Shown in pieces: positions 1 to 11,938 of a stretch of DNA of 64,000 nucleotides (its first letter is position 1; each line of letters starts with the position of its first letter). Under the pieces are notes generated by a model, which was not told the origin of the DNA, did no database searches, and worked only from the letters and a program-made list of their open reading frames with translations. A program made the translations under genes and the position numbers. The stretch spans positions 10,300 through 74,299 of the forward strand of contig CAVXSX010000003.1 in NCBI GenBank assembly GCA_963764545.1, given 5' to 3'. The DNA comes from an uncultured Solirubrobacterales bacterium. Lineage in GTDB: Bacteria > Actinomycetota > Thermoleophilia > Solirubrobacterales > Solirubrobacteraceae.

Positions 1-151
1 GCACGGCATACCCATCGGGCTCGGGAACGGTGCCGTAGCCAAACCGGCTCGTGATCAGCTCCACCTGCACCCCGGCCTTGCCGAGTGCGCTGGCCAGCGC
101 GTGGTCATAGGGCGGCGTGTACGCCGACGGGTCGACCAGGTGCGCTCGCAT
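1..151 (-). CDS. Glycosyltransferase (GT4-like), N-terminal part; runs off the window edge
   Basis: Manual translation from ATG at 151 gives MRAHLVDPSAYTPPYDHALASALGKAGVQVELITSRF; start overlaps the upstream stop (TGATG). Confidence 0.6.
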   Translation of the reverse strand, partial: MRAHLVDPSAYTPPYDHALASALGKAGVQVELITSRFGYGTVPEPDGYAV

Positions 152-1497
152 CAGCGGCGGCGCAGCTGCTCCTCGAGCGGCCGGCCGGCCAACCGGGCGA
201 TCCGCCGCGCCGTCGAGCGAACCTCCTCCCCGCCCACGGTGAGCACCCGCGCGTGTCGATCGCGTCCCAGCCGCAGCACGGCCGGCGCCAGCGACGAGAG
301 CCCGGGATCGCCCGGTCCCCGCGCGAGCGCGTCGCCCGCGCAGCGCAGCGGATGGAGCATCAGCAGCGCAAGCAGGGCAGCGGCGCGCGCGGCCAGGCCG
401 TCGTCCTCGCGGTAGTCGATCCGCACCGCCCGGGGTAGGTTGCCGTCTAGCAGCTCGGGGCGGCCCGCCGCCTCGACCCGCGCGTGCCCGAGCGCGCTCA
501 CGAACTCGACGCGAGGATCCCCACGGGCCGGGAAGCGATCGGCCACCACGACCACGTCGGCGGCCGTTCGCGTCTGCCCGGACGGCCGGTTCGACAGCGC
601 GAGCCCGGCCAGCTCCTCGGCCGAGAGCAGCGCATCTAGGGCCAGGTAGCGACCGCGCTCGAGTCGCCCGGCCTGCACCGGCGGGGCGCCGCGCGCCGGG
701 GCCGATCCACCCGATCCGCCGCCGGGTCCGAGCGCGGCCAGGGTGCGGTGGCGCAAACGGCCGACGGCGCGCGCCACCGCCGGCTCGGGATCGAACCCGT
801 CGTAGCGCCTCGCCAGCCAGGCACGGCCGGCCGCGTAGCCGCGCCACTGGCGGCGGAGCTCTCCCACCGTCCCGCGGTAACGGTGCTCGACCTGGGCGCG
901 GCGGCAGAGCTCGAGTCGCCACCCGGCCTCCTGCAGGCGCCAGCTGAAGTCGGTGTCCTCGGCCGCGCGCACACCCTCGTAGAACCCCCCGATCTGCTCG
1001 AAGGCGGCGCGCCGGACGAGCAGGTTGGCGGCCACCGCCCGCGGCCGGTAGGGATGGTTGAGGTGAACCTGCTGGCCCAGGAAGCTCCGGGCGGAGCCGT
1101 AGCGCGCGGCCAGCGTGTCGGCGCCCGGGAGCGGCACCACCTCGCCGGCCAGCGCTCCGACCGTGTCTGGAACCGGCGCCGCGAAGAACGCGTCGAGCAA
1201 TCCCCGCGGGGCCCGGCAGTCGGCGTCGAGGAACAGGATCCAGTCGTTGTGGGCCCGCGCGGCCCCGACGTTGCGTGCGTGGGCGGGCGATCGCTCCTCG
1301 CTCGCCCTGACCACGGCCACCCCGCCACGGGCCACGGCGGTGCCCGAGTTGTCGGACAGGATCAGCTCGTCGCCGCGGCGCAGCTCGAGCGCCAGCAGAG
1401 CGTCCACGGCGGCCTGAGCAGCGCGCTCGTCGCCGGCGAACGGCATCACCACGCTGACCGGCGGCCGCGCCTCGGAGGACGGCTCAGGCCGGTTCAC
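151..1497 (-). CDS. Glycosyltransferase family 2
   Basis: VSVVMPF, PAHARNVG, ILFLDADC (DxD), GGFYE..AAEDTDF motifs. Confidence 0.9.
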   Translation of the reverse strand: MNRPEPSSEARPPVSVVMPFAGDERAAQAAVDALLALELRRGDELILSDNSGTAVARGGVAVVRASEERSPAHARNVGAARAHNDWILFLDADCRAPRGLLDAFFAAPVPDTVGALAGEVVPLPGADTLAARYGSARSFLGQQVHLNHPYRPRAVAANLLVRRAAFEQIGGFYEGVRAAEDTDFSWRLQEAGWRLELCRRAQVEHRYRGTVGELRRQWRGYAAGRAWLARRYDGFDPEPAVARAVGRLRHRTLAALGPGGGSGGSAPARGAPPVQAGRLERGRYLALDALLSAEELAGLALSNRPSGQTRTAADVVVVADRFPARGDPRVEFVSALGHARVEAAGRPELLDGNLPRAVRIDYREDDGLAARAAALLALLMLHPLRCAGDALARGPGDPGLSSLAPAVLRLGRDRHARVLTVGGEEVRSTARRIARLAGRPLEEQLRRR

Positions 1498-2958
1498 GCG
1501 TCCTCCCCCGCGCGGCCACCCTCAGCAGCGCGCGCGCCTGCTCGAGCTCCTGGCGGTGCGCGAACCCGGTGCCCAGCAGGACCAGCGGCATGACGGCCAG
1601 CACGGCGGCGCGGGTCAGCAGGCCGACCACCCCGCGGGTGGGCAGGAGCACCTCGCCGGCGGCGGCCATCCCGCCCAGCACGACCGCGAGCTGGGCCGAG
1701 TCGCCGCCACTCGAAGTTGGCCGCGAACGCCCGGCGGATCAGCAAGTGCATGAAGCCGATCATGACCACGTACGCGCCGCACAGAGCGACGCCGGCGCCC
1801 GCGATCCCCCAGCGTGGCACCAGCACGAGGAGCAGGACCACGTTGGCCAGCAGGCCGGCCAGCGCGGCCGGGAAGTTGCGCGTGGTCACCTTGGCCCGGC
1901 CGGCGATGACCAGGAACACCACCCACAGCCCGTACATGGCCCAGCCGAGCGCGACCCACGGCAGTGCGCGGTAGGCGTCGAAGTAGGCCGGGGCGGCCAG
2001 CAGGCGCAGCACCCAGCGGCCGAGCAGGGCGAGGCCGGCCACGACCAGGCCGCTCACCAACAGGTAGTAGGTGGTCACCAGTCCATACAGTCGGGCAGCC
2101 TCGGCATCATCGCGGACCGAGTAGGCCAGCGGGGGCCAGGCGTACTGGAACGCGCGGACGATGAACGCGACCACGCCGGCCAGCTTGACCGCGATCGAGT
2201 ACAGACCGGCCAGCGCAGGCGAGCGGTGGTGGAAGATGTAGTAGCGGTCGATGATGCTGAGCGCGTACACCGACGCCTCGGCCGGGACCGTGGGCAGACC
2301 GAAGCGCAGCAGCACGCCGGTCGGCTCGAGGCTCGGATCGCGCCTGACGAGCCGGCGCCGCATCGTCCACCACAGCCCGAGCAGCACCACCGTCGTCGCG
2401 CCGTAGTTGCCGAGCAGCAGCCCGCGCGCGCCGTCGTGCAGCGCCACCACGAGCACGACCGACGAGACGATCGTGATCGCCGACGTTGACCAGCGAGACC
2501 GTGGCGTAGGCGCGCAGACGCTCCTCGACCCGCAGCAGGGCATAGGCCAGCTCCAGGTTGGTGAACGACCACAGGCCGAGCACGGCGATCCGGAACGTGG
2601 TCGCGTCGCGGTAGCCGAGCACGACCTTGGACAGCGGCGCGGCGGCGATGCCCAGCGCCACCGACGCGATCGTCGTGGTGATGAGCAGGAAGGCGACCGA
2701 CCGCCGGGCCAGGGCATCGCGCCGGTGCTGGTCCTCGTCTGAGAAGTAGAAGCGCAGGAACGATTCGATCATCCCGAAGCGGACCAGGATGCTGATCAGG
2801 ATGACCCCGTTGCCGAGCAGCTCGACCACGCCGTAGCCCGCCGGCGGGATGTAGCGCGTGTACACCGGCAGCAGCAGGACCGCGATGAACTTGGACACGA
2901 CATCGGCCACCTGGTAGGCCGCCAGCGAGCTCACCAGGCGCTTCAGATAAGCCGTCAC
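1494..2958 (-). CDS. Polysaccharide/oligosaccharide flippase (Wzx-like), frameshifted
   Basis: N-terminus LLLPVYTRYIPPAGYG (ORF 2107..2958) joins LRFGLPTVP..IIDRYYI..AGLYS (ORF 1494..2717); many TM segments. Confidence 0.85.
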
Positions 2959-3028
2959 GGCTCAAACGGTACGGGTCTGACCGGTGTCAAAGACGCCGGT
3001 CGCGGTAGGCGAGCCGGGTATTGCCGCA

Positions 3029-3792
3029 CTACTGCACGGTCACGACATCGTTGGTCGCGGTGTAGCGCCCGGTGTTGCAGGCGGCGTCCGTGACCTCGAG
3101 CGCGATCAGGTAGCTACCGGCCGGGGCAGGGTGCCCCTGACGGACCGTGCCGTCCCACACCGCGCTCTGACCCTTCCAGGGCGTCAGGAACGACTTGATC
3201 AGGCGCGGGCCGCCCGGCAGGCCGAACCGGTAGAGCAGGATCGTGCCGCCGCGGCCCTCGTTGCCGGTGTAGCGGATCGACACGTGGGTACCGGGCGCGG
3301 CGATCGCCCTGCGGCTGGATGCTCGTGATCACCGGGCGAGGCGGAACGGTCTTCACCTTCACCGGCACCGTGGTCAGGTCGATCGTGCGGTTCTGGTGAA
3401 TCAGCGTGACCCGGAAGTGGTAGGTCCCGTCCGGCGCGACGCTTCCGTCGGCTCAGACGGCCATTCCAGTAGAACACGCCGTCGGGATGACGCACGTCCT
3501 TGCGCATGTGGCGCCCGTCGGCCACCGTGCGCACCACGCCGCCCTGCGAGTCGACCACCGACACGATGACGTCGTCGCTGCGGTGCTGGAGGTAGAACGA
3601 GATCGTGCTCGAGCCGCTGTTCCACTTGCCGCAGCGCACGGGATGAAGCGGATTGATCACCCCCGGCACCGGACGCGGGGCGCCCTGGATCAGGGGTGTG
3701 GTGACCTTCAGGTGCTGGGTGACGAAGAACGCCGCGATGCTCGCGAGGACCAGCGCCGCGAACGCCGCGATCGAGAGCCTAGGGGTGGCCAC
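3029..3792 (-). CDS. Membrane-anchored/secreted protein with FlgD-like Ig domains, frameshifted
   Basis: N-terminal hydrophobic helix; VVRTV...FYWNG and VWDG...PAPAGSY motifs across three frames. Confidence 0.55.
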
Positions 3793-3805
3793 CGGACATC
3801 TCCGC

Positions 3806-4385
3806 TCACAACGCTACGACGGCCACGTTGGGGATCTCGAAGCTGTGGAACGCGTCAAGCCCCCGGGGATCGCGGCTGCACAGCGCGACACGGATCGAGC
3901 CGCCGTGGCAGACCGCGAGCGCGGGCAGCACGCCGGCGGCCTCGATGTCGGCCAGCGCGGCCAGCACCCGGTCCTGCTGGTCCTGCAGGGACTCGCCACC
4001 TGGGAAGCGCCAGGACGCCCCACCGCGCATCCAGGCCTCGAACCGCTCCGGATCGGAGCGCTGGATGTCGATGAACAGGTGCCCTTCCCATTCACCGCGA
4101 TTGGCCTCGCGCAGCCGCGGATCGAGCTGTGGCTCGAGGCCGATGCGCGCGCCCACGATCTCCGCCGTCTCCCGCGCGCGGCTCAGGTCAGAGGACCACA
4201 GCGCCCGGATCGGATCCGACCGGGAAGCGATCTTCTCGGCCAGTTCGTGCGCCTGCGCGCGGCCGGTGTCGTTCAGCGGCGTGTCGCGGAAGCCCTGGAA
4301 GCGGATCGGCTGGCGATTGTCATCGGTCTCGCCGTGGCGAGCCAGCAGGACTCCGCTTCAGCGCGTCTGCGCCCGCCCCGCTCAC
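3806..4385 (-). CDS. Histidine phosphatase family protein
   Basis: LLARHGETD, SSDLSRARETA, LRE...GEWEG, VCHGGSIR; 5' frameshift. Confidence 0.85.
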
Positions 4386-5142
4386 CGGCCACCGATGCCC
4401 AGCGTGTCCGAGCGCAGGCCGAGCCGCAGCGTCTCCAGGGCGAGCACCTCGCCCGCCGGGACGTTGCTCAGGTTGACCTCCGGCCCGAACCGGCGCACGA
4501 ACCACACCTGCTGGTCCTTGCGCGGCGCGTCGAACAGGATCTGCTCCGGCGCGATCGCGTGCACGATCTCGCCGATCAGGCCCTCGCGGACCTCGCCGTT
4601 GGGTCGGAAGATGCCCGCGGTGCCTGCCTCGCGGCCCTCCGCGATCACCTTCCAGGCGCCGGCGGCCAGCTCGGCCCGCATCTGCTCGACCCACACGTAC
4701 GGGGGCGTGATCGCCCCCGTATCGTCCTTGGAGCCAACTTCGGAGAGCACCGTGAACTCCTGGGCCAGCCGCTCGATCAGCTCGAGCTTGTGCTGGTGCT
4801 CGAGCGCGATCGTGCCGTCGGAGATCTCGAAGTAGGAGAGCCCGAGCTCGTGCACCCAGGCGATCAGCTCCTCCAGGCGGCCGCGGCTGATCGCCAGCTC
4901 GGTCAGCGTCCCGCCCAGCACCACGGGGATCCCATGCGAGCGGTAGCACTCGAGCTTGCGGTCGAGGTTGCGGGTGGCCAGCGCGGTTCCCCATCCGAGC
5001 TTGACGATGTCGACGAAGTCGCCGGCCACCTCGACCATCCCCTCGATCTCGGCGATCGACAGCCCGCGGTCGATCACGTGGGTGACCCCGTCGCATCTCG
5101 CGGCTTGCCGCTCCGCTCCGGGAGGTTCAGGAGATCGCGCAC
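4382..5142 (-). CDS. comA: Phosphosulfolactate synthase (ComA family)
   Basis: GVTHVIDRGL, DIVKLGWGT, GGTLTE, EISDG, LSEVGSK, VIAEGREAG, LETLRLGLRSDT; small 5' frameshift. Confidence 0.9.
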
Positions 5143-5151
5143 CGGCGAGCG

Positions 5152-6361
5152 CTACTGCTGCGCCAGGTCGGTGCCGACCGTCACCACGACCACGGACGGT
5201 GCAGGCCTGGCCGGGCGGGCAGGCGATCGCCTTGGTGGTCGGCGTCGACCGGCTGTACCGCGGCTGGCCCAGCTTGAGCGACGGTGGCGACCGCGAGCGC
5301 GTCACGCCGGTCGGCCGGGGCCAGGTAGGCGACGACGTGTCGTCTGCGTCTGGTTGGACCGCGTTGGCCGGCTTCGAGCCGTTGCGGTAGCCGTCAGCTG
5401 GTCAGGCGCTGCGACACCCGCTCGGCGAGGCCCATGCATGTCGGTCCCGTTGAGCACCGAGACGGTGACCGTCGCCGGCTTCACCGCGGCGACCGTCGAG
5501 TTGGTGCGGTGGCTGGCCAGCGTGGCGGCTGCTCGAAGACGATGAGTGGCTCGCGCTGGACGCGCCCTTGCCACCGCCGGTGAGCGCGATCACGCCGACC
5601 ACGACCGCGGCCGCGAGTGCTACCGCCGCGAGGAGCCCGCCGAACACCATCCGTCCCCGGGAGCGCCGCTGAGGCGGACGCATCGGCGCGCCGGACGGGC
5701 GCCCCGGGCCGCCCGGGACGCTGCGGTCCACCACCGGACGGCCGGCCCTGGCCCGCTCCGGGGCCGCGAACGGGACGACTGCCGCCCACCGGGACCGCCA
5801 CCCACGCCGGGGCGGAGGGCCGGCTGGACGGGCCGCGCCCGGTGCCGGCGTCGGCACGGGTCGCTGCATGGTCGCCGCCGAGGCGGCCACGACGGGCCGC
5901 TGAGGAGCCGTTGCCGTTGCCCGCCGCCGTGGCCGGCTCGTACTGGGGCGTGCGGCTGCACCGGGTCGGGAATCAGGCGTGTGGCCGCAGCCAACGCGGG
6001 CGCGCCCACGCCGGCCGGCGCCGCCGGCGGGAATGGCGAGGCCCCGGGCGCACCCGCGCCGACCGTCGCCCCGGGCTGCGCGGCGCCGAAGGCCGCCGCT
6101 GCGCGGGGGCTGGCCGCGCGCACCGAGATCTCGGCCGGCATCGCCGCCACCTGCTCGTTCAGCTCGGCGAGCTCGCGCCTCGAGTTCCAGGATCCTCAGG
6201 CTGGCCTCGTCGGCTCGGCTGCGCAGCGTGGCAGTCTCTCGAGCCTGCGAGAAGAACAGCAGCACCAGAAGGGCCAGACCGATCAGCGAGGCGAAGCCGA
6301 CGTCGGCTCCGACCGAGGAGATGATGTGGTGAACCGAGAGGGCGAACGGGAGCGCTGCCAT
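5152..6361 (-). CDS. Membrane protein with LytR C-terminal domain, frameshifted
   Basis: N-terminal TM helix, Pro/Ala-rich linker, second TM helix, VTVSVLNGT...VVVTVGTD C-terminus. Confidence 0.7.
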
Positions 6362-6373
6362 GTGCGGGCCAGT

Positions 6374-8349
6374 CTACGTGGGAAGGCGGGGGACGCCGGG
6401 ACTTGCCTCGCGGGTGCAGCGGCGCGAGATCCGACTCCCGCGAGTCCGACAATCTCGCCACGTGCTTTGCCAGCGCGGCGGCATCTCCTTCCAGCACGAG
6501 CAGGTTAATTTCGCCGAAGATCCGCTCGACCGACTGCGGATCGAGCGGCTCGCGCGCGGCTCGCAGGATCTTCTGGGCCGGCGTGGGCTGCAGGCGCTCG
6601 TACGGGTTGAACAGATCCTCATGCAACTTCTCGCCCGGGCGGGCGCCGACGATCTCGATCGCGATGTCGCGCTCGGGCTCGAGTCCTGAGAGGTGGATCA
6701 TCGTCTGAGCCAGCTCGATGATCGGCACCGGCTCGCCCATCTCGAGCACGAACACCTCGCCGCTGTGCTCGCTCAGCGAGCCGGCCCGGATGATCAGCTG
6801 GACCGCCTCGGGGATCGTCATGAAGTAGCGCTTCATCCGCGCGTCGGTGACCGTGACCGGACCGCCGGCGGAGATCTGACGGCGGAAGATCGGCACCACC
6901 GAGCCCGAGGAGCCGAGCACGTTGCCGAAGCGGACGGTGGCGTAACGCGTGGCCGGGAAGCGCAGCGCGGCGGCCTCGACCGCCCATTCGGCCAGCGCCT
7001 TGGAGGCGCCCATCACGGTGGCCGGCTTGACCGCCTTGTCGGTCGAGACCAGGACGAACGTGCCCACCTGGGTCTCCGCCGCGATCCGGGCCATCACGCG
7101 CGTGGCCAGCGCGTTGTTGCGAATCGCCTCGACCGGGTTGACTTCCATCATCGTCACGTGCTTGTAGGCGGCCGCGTGGAACACGATGCTCGGCCGATGC
7201 TCGGTGAGAACTTCGCGCATGCGCTCCTCTTCCCTGCAATCGGCCAGCACCGGCGCGGCCATGCGGAAGTGGCGCTCCTCCTCGAGCTCGCGCAGGATCT
7301 CGAACAGGTTGTCCTCGGCGTGGTCGACCAGGACCAGCGATCGCGGCGCCACCCGAGCGATCTGGCGGCAGAGCTCGGCGCCGATCGAGCCGCCCGCCCC
7401 GGTCACCATCACCACCTGCCCGGCCAGATACGCGCCGACCCGCTCGATCTCCATGCGGACCGGCTCGCGCCCGAGGATGTCCTCGACGCGTACCTCGCGC
7501 AGCTGGCGGGTGACGTTCAGATGCCCGGCGCTGTCCTTGAGCAGCTCGAACACCGTGGGCGTGGTGCGCACCGGGATGCCGCGCTCGCGGCAGGCGGCGA
7601 CCACGCGGGCGCGCAGCGTGCCCGGCGCCGAGGGGATGGCGATCACGACCTCGTCGGGCTCGACCTCGTCCAGGACGCGAGCCAGGTCCTCGGACTCGGT
7701 CGTACCGAGCACCTTGAGGCCGTACTCGTCCTTCATGCGCAGCTTGCGGGGGTCGTCGTCGACGAACCCCACCGGGCGCAGGCGCAGCTGCGGGTTGCGG
7801 ATCAGCTCACGGACGACCAGGCGGCCGCCGTCGCCGCCGCCCACGAGCAGCGCGTCGCGCGCTCCCTTGGCGGCGCGGAACGTCCGCACCCGGCCCTCCA
7901 CCACCAGGTGCACGAGGAACCGCGCGCCGATCAGGAAGGCCAGCGAGAGCAGGAAGAACATCACGATCACGCTGCCGGGCAGGTTGACCGGGGTGGCCTG
8001 GAAGTCCGCCGTGCTCGTGACCGGGTGAAGCAGCGCGATCGCGCCCTCGATGACCAGCGTGGCCACCACCAGGCCCTTGACCACCGCCTCGTAGTCGCGC
8101 TGGCCCACGAACGTCCACAGGCGCTGGTACTGGCCGAACGCGGCCAGCACGATCAGCGACACCGGGACCACCCAGGGGAGGGTGTGCGTGAGCAGATCTC
8201 CGTAGCGGTCGTTCCGTCCCGACGAGCCCGTCAGGGAACCTCAGCCGGAAAGCGAGGTAGTAAGCGAGCGCGACCAGGATCCCGTCCACGAGCAGCTGGG
8301 GCACCGAATGGCGACGAACGGGGGCCGCGGATCTGATCCGCCGGCGCAT
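6374..8349 (-). CDS. Nucleoside-diphosphate sugar epimerase/dehydratase (PglF/CapD family)
   Basis: VTGAGGSIGAEL, FHAAAYKHV, STDKAV, MGASK, VRFGNVLGSSGSV, RPGEKLHE; N-terminal TM region; ends approximate. Confidence 0.92.
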
Positions 8350-8407
8350 GCGGCGGGGATTGTAGTCAGGATGGCGCCGTGGCCGCAAGGACGGGTAGCA
8401 GAGCGGG

Positions 8408-10230
8408 TTAGCCGCCGACCGCGATGACCGGCGAGCGGGCCATCGGCTTGGACTTGGCCCCGAGGGCCACGACCTGCACGTAGGCCGTGGCCCGCGCCTG
8501 CAGGACGGTCTCGAAGCCCCGCTTGTCGGTGGTGGCGATCGGCCGCAGCGCGCTCGGGCTGGGTCCGCCCAGCGCCCGCCAGTAGCTGCACGCCGGTGGC
8601 TCCGTTCCAGCTCGCGTACACGGCCATCTTCTTCTTGCCGATACGCGGCGGCGGCGACCGCGGGCGGCGTGGCCGGCCATCCGTTCCAGATGAACCGGTA
8701 GGCCCGGTAGGTGATGTTCTCGTCGACGAAGCGCCCGTCGAACACCAGCTTGCCGGCCGAGTTGAACTGGCTGAAGTAGGGCTGCTGCCCCCAGCCGACG
8801 AAGTCGTCGGCATCCAGGAGCTCCTGGTCGTTGCCCTCGTAGCTGGACAGCAGCGACGGGCTGTGCAGGCGCTGCGCTGACCACGCTGGCGGTCATGCGC
8901 TTGAGGTTCAGGCGCAGCTCGAGCGCGCGCGACTGCGAATGCACGTACGGGGGGCCGGCGCCGTCGTCGAACATGGTCAGGACCTGATCGCCCGCGGAGC
9001 GGATCCGCACGTCGTGCTGGAAGGCGAACGACACGCCCGGGCCGAGCTTGAAGCTCGAGTGCTTGCCGCCCAGCGTCCAGATGACCCGCGCCGGTGCGGT
9101 GGTTGACCTTGTAGACGGCCCACGTGTTGCGGGCCGAGAGCACCACGTTGCCGTCGCGATCGAGCCCGATCGAGTTCATGTGGAAGTAGTCGTACGGGTT
9201 GCCGGGCCCGTTGGCGATGTGCCCGCTCGGGGGCTTGGTGTAGCCGGCGCTCAGCGGCACGTGATCGAGGCTGTCCCACTGGAACAGCACGAGTCCGGTG
9301 GGGATGTCGATCTCCTGGGCCACCGAGTCGAGCACCACCTCGTTGGGCGCGCCGTGGACCGAGCTGGCGTTCAGCATCACCGGGAAACTCGGCGGTGATC
9401 AGCGCCGTACCGCGCGGGGTGAGCTGGAACTCGTGCAGGTCGGCGGTCAGCCCGTTGCCGGCCGAGATGGTCTTCATCACCTGGTAGTAGCCGTTCATGA
9501 TGATGTCCTGGCCGTTGCCGACGCCGGCGGTCTCGTTGCCCTGCCACCAGGTCAACACCGGGCGCCCCTGGTAGGTCTGGACCCGGAAGTCGGTCGCGGC
9601 GTAGTCCGTGGGCAACGGGTCGAACCAGATCAGGCCGCCGTCCGGCCCGATGATCTCCGGGCCCTGCTGGAGCGGCCCGACCTGGGGGGCGATGAAGATG
9701 TCGCCGGCGGCGTCCGGATCGCGCTTGGTGATCGTCACCGCGGCGGGCTCGAGGTCAGGGCGCGAGCGGAAGTACCAGACGTCGCCCTTGACCCGGGGTG
9801 CAGCCGGGCGATGCTCGAACGGGAGCGCCCCGGCCGGCCGGGCGACCTGGAACTGATAGCTGCCGTGGTGGGAGCCCTCGAGGTTGAGCGAGGTGCTCAC
9901 GGTCACGGTCTCGCCTGGGTGCAAACGCCGTGTCCGGAAGGAAGCTGCCGCCGTCGCCATCGGAGTCTCCCTCGACCTTGCCGGGGTGTGCCCCGCTCAA
10001 CGATCCCGTGACCGTGATTTGGCCGAGCCGCCCGGCGGGCAAGCCACGGAACGTGATCTGGGTGCCCGGGGAGGCGAAGTGGCTGCCCGGGATCGGGAAG
10101 ACGTAGACCGCCGGCGGCGGCTTGGGCGTGGCTTGCGCTTGGGCGGATGCTTGGTCTTGGCGCTCGCGCCGGCGGCGCCGCTCAGCGAGAGCAGCAGCGC
10201 CAGGGCGAGCGCGGAGACCGCACGAGGAGG
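8408..10230 (-). CDS. Arylsulfotransferase (ASST) family secreted protein, frameshifted
   Basis: Signal-like N-terminus; FRSRPDL, LTWWQG, DLHEF, YFHMNSI, SARN, FQHD, YASWNGAT, GFET motifs over several frames; start approximate. Confidence 0.8.
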
Positions 10231-10231
10231 G

Positions 10232-11809
10232 CTAGTAAGCGCCGGGTAGCCCCGAGTTCGGTGAGCTCGTGGTCGGGAACGACTTGGAGGTGCCGAGCAC
10301 GTGCTGGTGGGCGTCGAGTGCCTGCACCTCGTAGACCTTGTATGAGCTCGTAAGCGGGATTGTCGTTTCAAAGCCGGACTTCGTCTTGCTCGCAACCGCC
10401 TTCAGGCTGTTGGCGCTCGTACCGGCCAAAACCCTCCAGCTCACGACCTGGGTATCGCCGTCCCAGCTCGCGTACACGGTGGCTTTACCCTGATTGTCGC
10501 GGACCGCCCCACTCGGCGGGAAATACGGGATCCCGGTCCACCGCTGGACGTACGTGCGGTAGCTCAGGTCGGGGGTCGGCCACACCGCGTCGAGCAGGAC
10601 CTTGCCCTTGCTGCTGTCTTCCGAGAAGAACGGCGTCGAGCCCCAACCCAGCGCGACGTTGCCGCCGGGCAGCAGCTGCGTGTCGCCCAGGAACGCCGCG
10701 TTGAAGCTCTTGCCCCGCGAGTACTGGGTGACGAAGCTGCCGGTGTGATTGGTCAGGTTGAGCTTGATGATCAGCCCCCGGCTCGGCCCGGTCGGCTTGA
10801 CGAACCCGACATGGCCGCCGGGCGCGCTCTTGAACGCGCAGCAGTGGTCGTCGAACAAGCTGAGGATGTCGCCGCCCTGCAACTGGACGTCGTGCTGCCA
10901 CTGGAACTGAGCCTTGGCCGGCAGGGTGAACGTGCTGTTGCGGGGGTTGCCGCTGACCGTCCACTCGATCGCGCCCGTGAGCCGGTTGACCAGATAGGCG
11001 GTCCACGTGTTGCGCATCGAGACCAGGAACGTCTCGTTGCCGGTCAGCGCAATCGAGTTGATGTGGTAGGCGTCCCACGGCATCCCCGGCAACGGCTTCT
11101 GCTCCGATTGCGAGAGCGGGATGTTGGGCACGGCGCCCGGGTTCAGCGCGTCCCAGGTGTAGAGCAGCTGCCCGGTCTTCAGGTCGTACTCCTGGACGGC
11201 CGAGTCCAGCACGGATCCGTTGGCCGGTCCGCCGTAGGCCGAGATGTTGGCCGGGACGGTCTTGTATGCGGTGACCCACGCGTTGGGGCCGCTGATCAGC
11301 ATCTCGTGCTCGGAGATGACCCAGCCATCGGCTGCCTTCAGGGTCGCGACGTGCCGGTAGTGCTGGTCGACGACGACATCCTCGCCGCTGGTCGTCACCC
11401 CGGCGGGGCTAACCGTGCCCTGCCACCAGCTGAGCACCGGCTTGCCGTTGTAGGTCTGCGCCCTGAGGTTGCCCACCAGCGCGCGCGTGCCGATCGGGTC
11501 AAACCACACCGGCTGGAGGTTGCGGTCGAGGATCAGCGGGCCGCTCTCGCCGACCATCGGCTGGTTCTGCGTCAGGTTCTTGAACACCCCGGTCATGAAG
11601 TAGCCCGGCGCAAGCCCTTTCTGGGTCTTGGTGTCGGTGGTCAGCTTCGGCGGGTGCAGGTTGGGCGCCGAGACGAACGTCCACGCGCCCTTGGTGGTGT
11701 ACGCGCCAATCGGCGCGGCCTGGGCGGCGGCCGGCGCCAGCGCCGCGACGGCGGCCACGGCGGCGATGGCGAACAGGCGAAGCTTGGACATGGATGCAGA
11801 CACGGGCAC
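10232..11809 (-). CDS. Arylsulfotransferase (ASST) family secreted protein
   Basis: Signal peptide; LSWWQG, AYHINSI, SMRN, WQHD, YASWDG, GFET. Confidence 0.85.
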   Translation of the reverse strand: MPVSASMSKLRLFAIAAVAAVAALAPAAAQAAPIGAYTTKGAWTFVSAPNLHPPKLTTDTKTQKGLAPGYFMTGVFKNLTQNQPMVGESGPLILDRNLQPVWFDPIGTRALVGNLRAQTYNGKPVLSWWQGTVSPAGVTTSGEDVVVDQHYRHVATLKAADGWVISEHEMLISGPNAWVTAYKTVPANISAYGGPANGSVLDSAVQEYDLKTGQLLYTWDALNPGAVPNIPLSQSEQKPLPGMPWDAYHINSIALTGNETFLVSMRNTWTAYLVNRLTGAIEWTVSGNPRNSTFTLPAKAQFQWQHDVQLQGGDILSLFDDHCCAFKSAPGGHVGFVKPTGPSRGLIIKLNLTNHTGSFVTQYSRGKSFNAAFLGDTQLLPGGNVALGWGSTPFFSEDSSKGKVLLDAVWPTPDLSYRTYVQRWTGIPYFPPSGAVRDNQGKATVYASWDGDTQVVSWRVLAGTSANSLKAVASKTKSGFETTIPLTSSYKVYEVQALDAHQHVLGTSKSFPTTSSPNSGLPGAY

Positions 11810-11938
11810 CTCCTCGGGGGGCTGCGGACCCTAACACGGCGCACCGGCTCAAGGTTGCGGCTAAAGAGCCGGTCTGGGGAGCCCGAGCACATGTCTGGCG
11901 GCGGCGGATCGGCGCTCGCCAGTCACGCACTCGGAGCC

